Shown: positions 61,047-64,000 of the stretch, piece after piece | How the letters are laid out: each line of letters starts with the position of its first letter | How positions within the stretch are numbered: position 1 is the first letter of the stretch | Source of the DNA: Actinomycetota bacterium | Lineage (GTDB): Bacteria; Actinomycetota; UBA4738; HRBIN12 | Assembly: GCA_034667405.1 (NCBI GenBank) | Contig: JAXDJX010000012.1 | Location: 43,766-107,765, forward strand | DNA: 64,000 nt | Reading direction: 5' to 3' | Translations under genes and position numbers: made by a program | Notes under the pieces: model-generated | Told to the model about the DNA's origin: nothing | Seen by the model: only the letters and a program-made list of their open reading frames with translations | Database searches by the model: none

Positions 61047-62974
61047 GACGAGTACGGGTTGATGAGGTCGGGATATCCCGTGAGCACACCGTCGGCGAAC
61101 GTGGTCTCGCCGTAGGTGTTCAGGTCGCGCCCTTTCAACGAGGCGAGGAAGTCCGGTCCGAACACCGCCGAGAACTCTGGCTGGTTGAGCAGGTCGTATT
61201 CGATCGCACTGCCGGGGACGTAGGGACCGATGTTCGCCCGGTAGGAGTAGTTCTGAAGGAACGCGGCGATGTCGTCGACGCTCGCCCCGGATTGCCAGAG
61301 CCGGCCACGGTGTAGGTAGATCTCGCTCGGTGCGACATATTCGACCACGGGGAGGAGCGACCCTCCGAATTCGCGATTGATGGCGTCGCTCAGCTGGATC
61401 GGGTCCAGGCGAACGCCATCGACCGAGTTGGGCAAGGGGCACTGCCCGTGATCGGCGGTGACGATCAACGCGTAGTCCTGCCCGTATGTCGCGTCGAGCT
61501 GCGCGATCAACCGCCCGAGCTGTGCGTCCACCTCCCGCAGCGCCAGCTCCTCCATGGGGGAGAGCATGTTGTAGATGTGACCCGTGTAGTCGGGCATCTT
61601 GTAGTTGATGTAAAGGAGACCCGTCTCGCCATGGGTTCCGGCAAGTGGTTCGTTGGCGATGGTGGCTTCGACCAGGTCGCCCATGTACCGGACGATGGGT
61701 GGACTGCAGCAGTCCGACGCCTTCTTCGCGGGGTCGTACTGGGAGTCATAGCCCGGCGGGTTGTACGCAGCCTGATGCGCGGCGAACGCGTCCAAGGAAG
61801 GCGCGCCGGCCGGCAGCCGGTAGGTGGCGGGGTTGTGCGGCTGCCATTGCTGGACCTTGCTCAACGTCATGTCCTCGTCCCAGAAGACGCCAACGGGCTT
61901 GTCGGCCGAACCCCGGTTCGGACGACCGGCACCGAGCATCCCCATGTGCCACACCTGATAGCCGAGTTCTCCTACCCACGCCCGGTTGCCGGTTGCATCG
62001 CTCCAGAGGTCGGCGAGTGTCGGGATGAGGATGTCGCTGGGATCGGCTTCCCCCGGTGTCCCGTAGGTCTTGCGGACCTTGCCCGTGGTGTCGCGGATGT
62101 TGTGCCCGGTGATGCCGTGCTCGGACGGATAGGTCCCGGTCCCGATGGTGGCGTGCGCACACGCGGTGACGGCGGGGAACGACCCGTGGATGGCGTTCGT
62201 GTAATTGGTGGCACCGTCCATCAGCCGGCGGAGGTTCGGCGTGGCGTGGGGCCAGGTGTTCAGGACGTTCCATCCGCCGCCGTCGAAGACGAAGGTCACG
62301 ATGATCTTCGGTGGACCGGCCGGCTTCTCGATGCCGGGGAGTGTGGCTCCTTCCCGGCCCAGGTCGAGGAACTGCTGGAAGCCCATCAACGTGGCCGTCG
62401 AGGGGGCGATGTCGGCGAGGGTCACTCGCTCGTCGCGGGTGCCCGGCGGAACTCGCCCAGGCGCGTGAACGACCAGCGGGATCGCCTCCAAGTACATCCA
62501 CACGCTGGCGTGGGACGTAGCCGGGAAGAACGTCACCAGATCCCTGGATTCGTTCGGGTAATTGGCGCTGTTGAAGGGGGCGAGCACCAGCTGGAGTTCT
62601 CCGGAGCGTCCGTCCCGGTAGGTTCGGCGGATGATCTCGGTGTACTCCGCGCCGAGCGCCTGCGCCATCTGTTCTTGGATGGCCTGGGCGTCGGGTCTGG
62701 TGAGCTGCTTGATAGTCCTGCCTAACACGGGACCCCCCACGGCGACGGCCGTTCCCACGGCGGTGGTGGTCACCAGGAATCTGCGACGCGCAGGGTCGTG
62801 CCCGTCGGTGTCCTCGCGCGTCTTGGCTGCTGCGATCAGGACGGTTGCCCCCACGATGACGAGGCCAGCCACCAGTCCCAGGAGCGGCGCACCAAGGAGC
62901 CCGAGCACCAGACCCAGGATGCCACCCGACAGGGCGAACACGATAAGGACACGCGGATAGCGGTGGGAAGCCAT
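61043..62974 (-). CDS. alkaline-phosphatase-superfamily (nucleotide pyrophosphatase/phosphodiesterase-like) exported protein
   Basis: Twin-arginine motif ARRRFLVTTTAVGTAVAVGG, plus core motifs FDGGGWNV, YPSEHGITGHN and IVTADHGQ. The start is uncertain because of a hydrophobic 60-aa N-terminal extension. Confidence 0.75.
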   Translation of the reverse strand: MASHRYPRVLIVFALSGGILGLVLGLLGAPLLGLVAGLVIVGATVLIAAAKTREDTDGHDPARRRFLVTTTAVGTAVAVGGPVLGRTIKQLTRPDAQAIQEQMAQALGAEYTEIIRRTYRDGRSGELQLVLAPFNSANYPNESRDLVTFFPATSHASVWMYLEAIPLVVHAPGRVPPGTRDERVTLADIAPSTATLMGFQQFLDLGREGATLPGIEKPAGPPKIIVTFVFDGGGWNVLNTWPHATPNLRRLMDGATNYTNAIHGSFPAVTACAHATIGTGTYPSEHGITGHNIRDTTGKVRKTYGTPGEADPSDILIPTLADLWSDATGNRAWVGELGYQVWHMGMLGAGRPNRGSADKPVGVFWDEDMTLSKVQQWQPHNPATYRLPAGAPSLDAFAAHQAAYNPPGYDSQYDPAKKASDCCSPPIVRYMGDLVEATIANEPLAGTHGETGLLYINYKMPDYTGHIYNMLSPMEELALREVDAQLGRLIAQLDATYGQDYALIVTADHGQCPLPNSVDGVRLDPIQLSDAINREFGGSLLPVVEYVAPSEIYLHRGRLWQSGASVDDIAAFLQNYSYRANIGPYVPGSAIEYDLLNQPEFSAVFGPDFLASLKGRDLNTYGETTFADGVLTGYPDLINPYSS

Positions 62975-63004
62975 CGGTAACCGATTCTCCCAGAGCCGCT
63001 GCGG

Positions 63005-64000
63005 TTAGGTGCGCTTGCGCGGCAGGTCCAGGAACGGCATAGGGACCACGGTTGCCCCGACCTTCCCGCGCTCGCCCTCGACGGTCCACTCCACGCTGAC
63101 GCGCGTGCCGAGCGGTTCGAGCGCGTTGTCCACCGACCCGAACCCGACCATCTTCTTGATGGTCGGCCCCCAGGTGTAGGACGTGCAACGTCCGACCTGC
63201 TTGTTCTCCTTGTAGACCGGGATCGCATCGCGCGTGACCATGGGCGAGACGCCGGGAGCGAGCCCGTGCTTGGCGAACATCGCCTCGATCCCGCTCCAAT
63301 CGATATCTAACCCGACCAGGCGGCGCGCGGGGCCACCGGCCTTCTGCTCCGCCATGAGTGCCCGCTTCCCCACGAAATCGCTCGCCTTGCCGAACTGCAC
63401 GAGCTTGCCCAGACCGACCTCGAACGGCGAATAGTGCTGCTCGGGACTCACGGCGTGACGAGCGGAGTTGTATTCGGCCTCGATGAGGATGAGCCCGGCC
63501 TCGACGCGCGCGACATCCATCGCCCGGATCCCGACTGGGTAGATGCCGTAATCGCGACCGACCTCGAAGAGCCGGTCCCACACCGCGAGCGCACCATCGA
63601 CGGGCATCCACAGCTCGTATCCGCGGTCTCCGGTGTAGCCGGTGCGAGTGACATCCACATCGGCACCGGCGATCTGGGTCATCTTCCGGCCGAAGTACTT
63701 CACGTCCTTCCAATCCTGGCCGGTGGCGGCTTCGAGCACGTCGCGGGACAGTGGGCCTTGCAGCGCCAGGGCCGCGGTACGGTCCGAGATGTCTTCCACC
63801 TCGACGTCCAGGTTGGTGGCGTTCTGGAGGAACCAGCGGTAGCAGGGGTCGGCGGCGGTGATCCGATAGGCGTTCTGGCCGATCCGCGTGACGGTGCCGT
63901 CGTCGACCAGCTTGCCGGACTCGTCGCACCACGGCGTGTAGACAACGCGGTCGGGCTGAAGCGCGGAGATGTCTCGCGTCATCACACGGTCCAAGAGCGT
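63005..64000 (-). CDS. aminomethyltransferase (GcvT) family protein, 5' end beyond window
   Basis: The frame stays open to nt 64000. It has YTGDRGYELWMP and a C-terminal barrel (VPMPFLD), typical of the GcvT family. Confidence 0.8.
   Translation of the reverse strand, partial: TLLDRVMTRDISALQPDRVVYTPWCDESGKLVDDGTVTRIGQNAYRITAADPCYRWFLQNATNLDVEVEDISDRTAALALQGPLSRDVLEAATGQDWKDVKYFGRKMTQIAGADVDVTRTGYTGDRGYELWMPVDGALAVWDRLFEVGRDYGIYPVGIRAMDVARVEAGLILIEAEYNSARHAVSPEQHYSPFEVGLGKLVQFGKASDFVGKRALMAEQKAGGPARRLVGLDIDWSGIEAMFAKHGLAPGVSPMVTRDAIPVYKENKQVGRCTSYTWGPTIKKMVGFGSVDNALEPLGTRVSVEWTVEGERGKVGATVVPMPFLDLPRKRT

Noticed and set aside
61746-63932. 728-aa minus-strand ORF spanning the phosphatase-family and GcvT-family genes in another frame
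   Set aside because: It overlaps two same-strand genes with real domain motifs in other frames. Its product is Arg/Pro/Gly-rich without motifs.

Overview
Densely coding, high-GC chromosomal segment with housekeeping synteny typical of Actinomycetota: LCP, rml genes, a WbbL-like GT2, a ManC-like enzyme, fbiAB/fbiC, whiB, pmm, SIS isomerase, punA, ahcY, comF, hpf, secA, prfB, ftsEX, smpB and ssrA. I call about 58 protein genes, one tmRNA and one candidate structured ncRNA. I saw no rRNA, tRNA, CRISPR array, transposase or integrase. Many neighbouring genes share 1-4 nt start/stop overlaps (ATGA, GTGA, TAGTG), which suggests long translationally coupled operons. Most long ORFs on the opposite strand of real genes are GC-rich artefacts. 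Stand-outs: (1) a tightly coupled NurA-HerA-Mre11-Rad50 module (nt 2-5772), the archaeal-type end-resection set in a bacterial backbone, cut at the window edge. (2) A ~220-nt GC-rich, hairpin-dense comF-hpf intergenic region that fits the orphan raiA-motif ncRNA context, followed by an unusually short HPF. (3) whiB followed by a Lys/Ala-rich histone-H1-like repeat protein containing a perfect 44-nt direct repeat, with two tandem palindromes upstream of whiB. (4) A receiver-GGDEF protein with a destroyed GGDEF motif but an intact RxxD I-site, just upstream of an ECF sigma/anti-sigma pair. (5) A rhamnose-type cell-wall glycopolymer cluster with a Wzm/Wzt exporter and unassigned ORFs, plus parts of a possible polyprenol-phosphate-sugar/YfhO glycosylation route. 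(6) A complete fbiC/fbiA/fbiB F420 set. All family names come from motifs read by eye. No database or covariance-model search was run.
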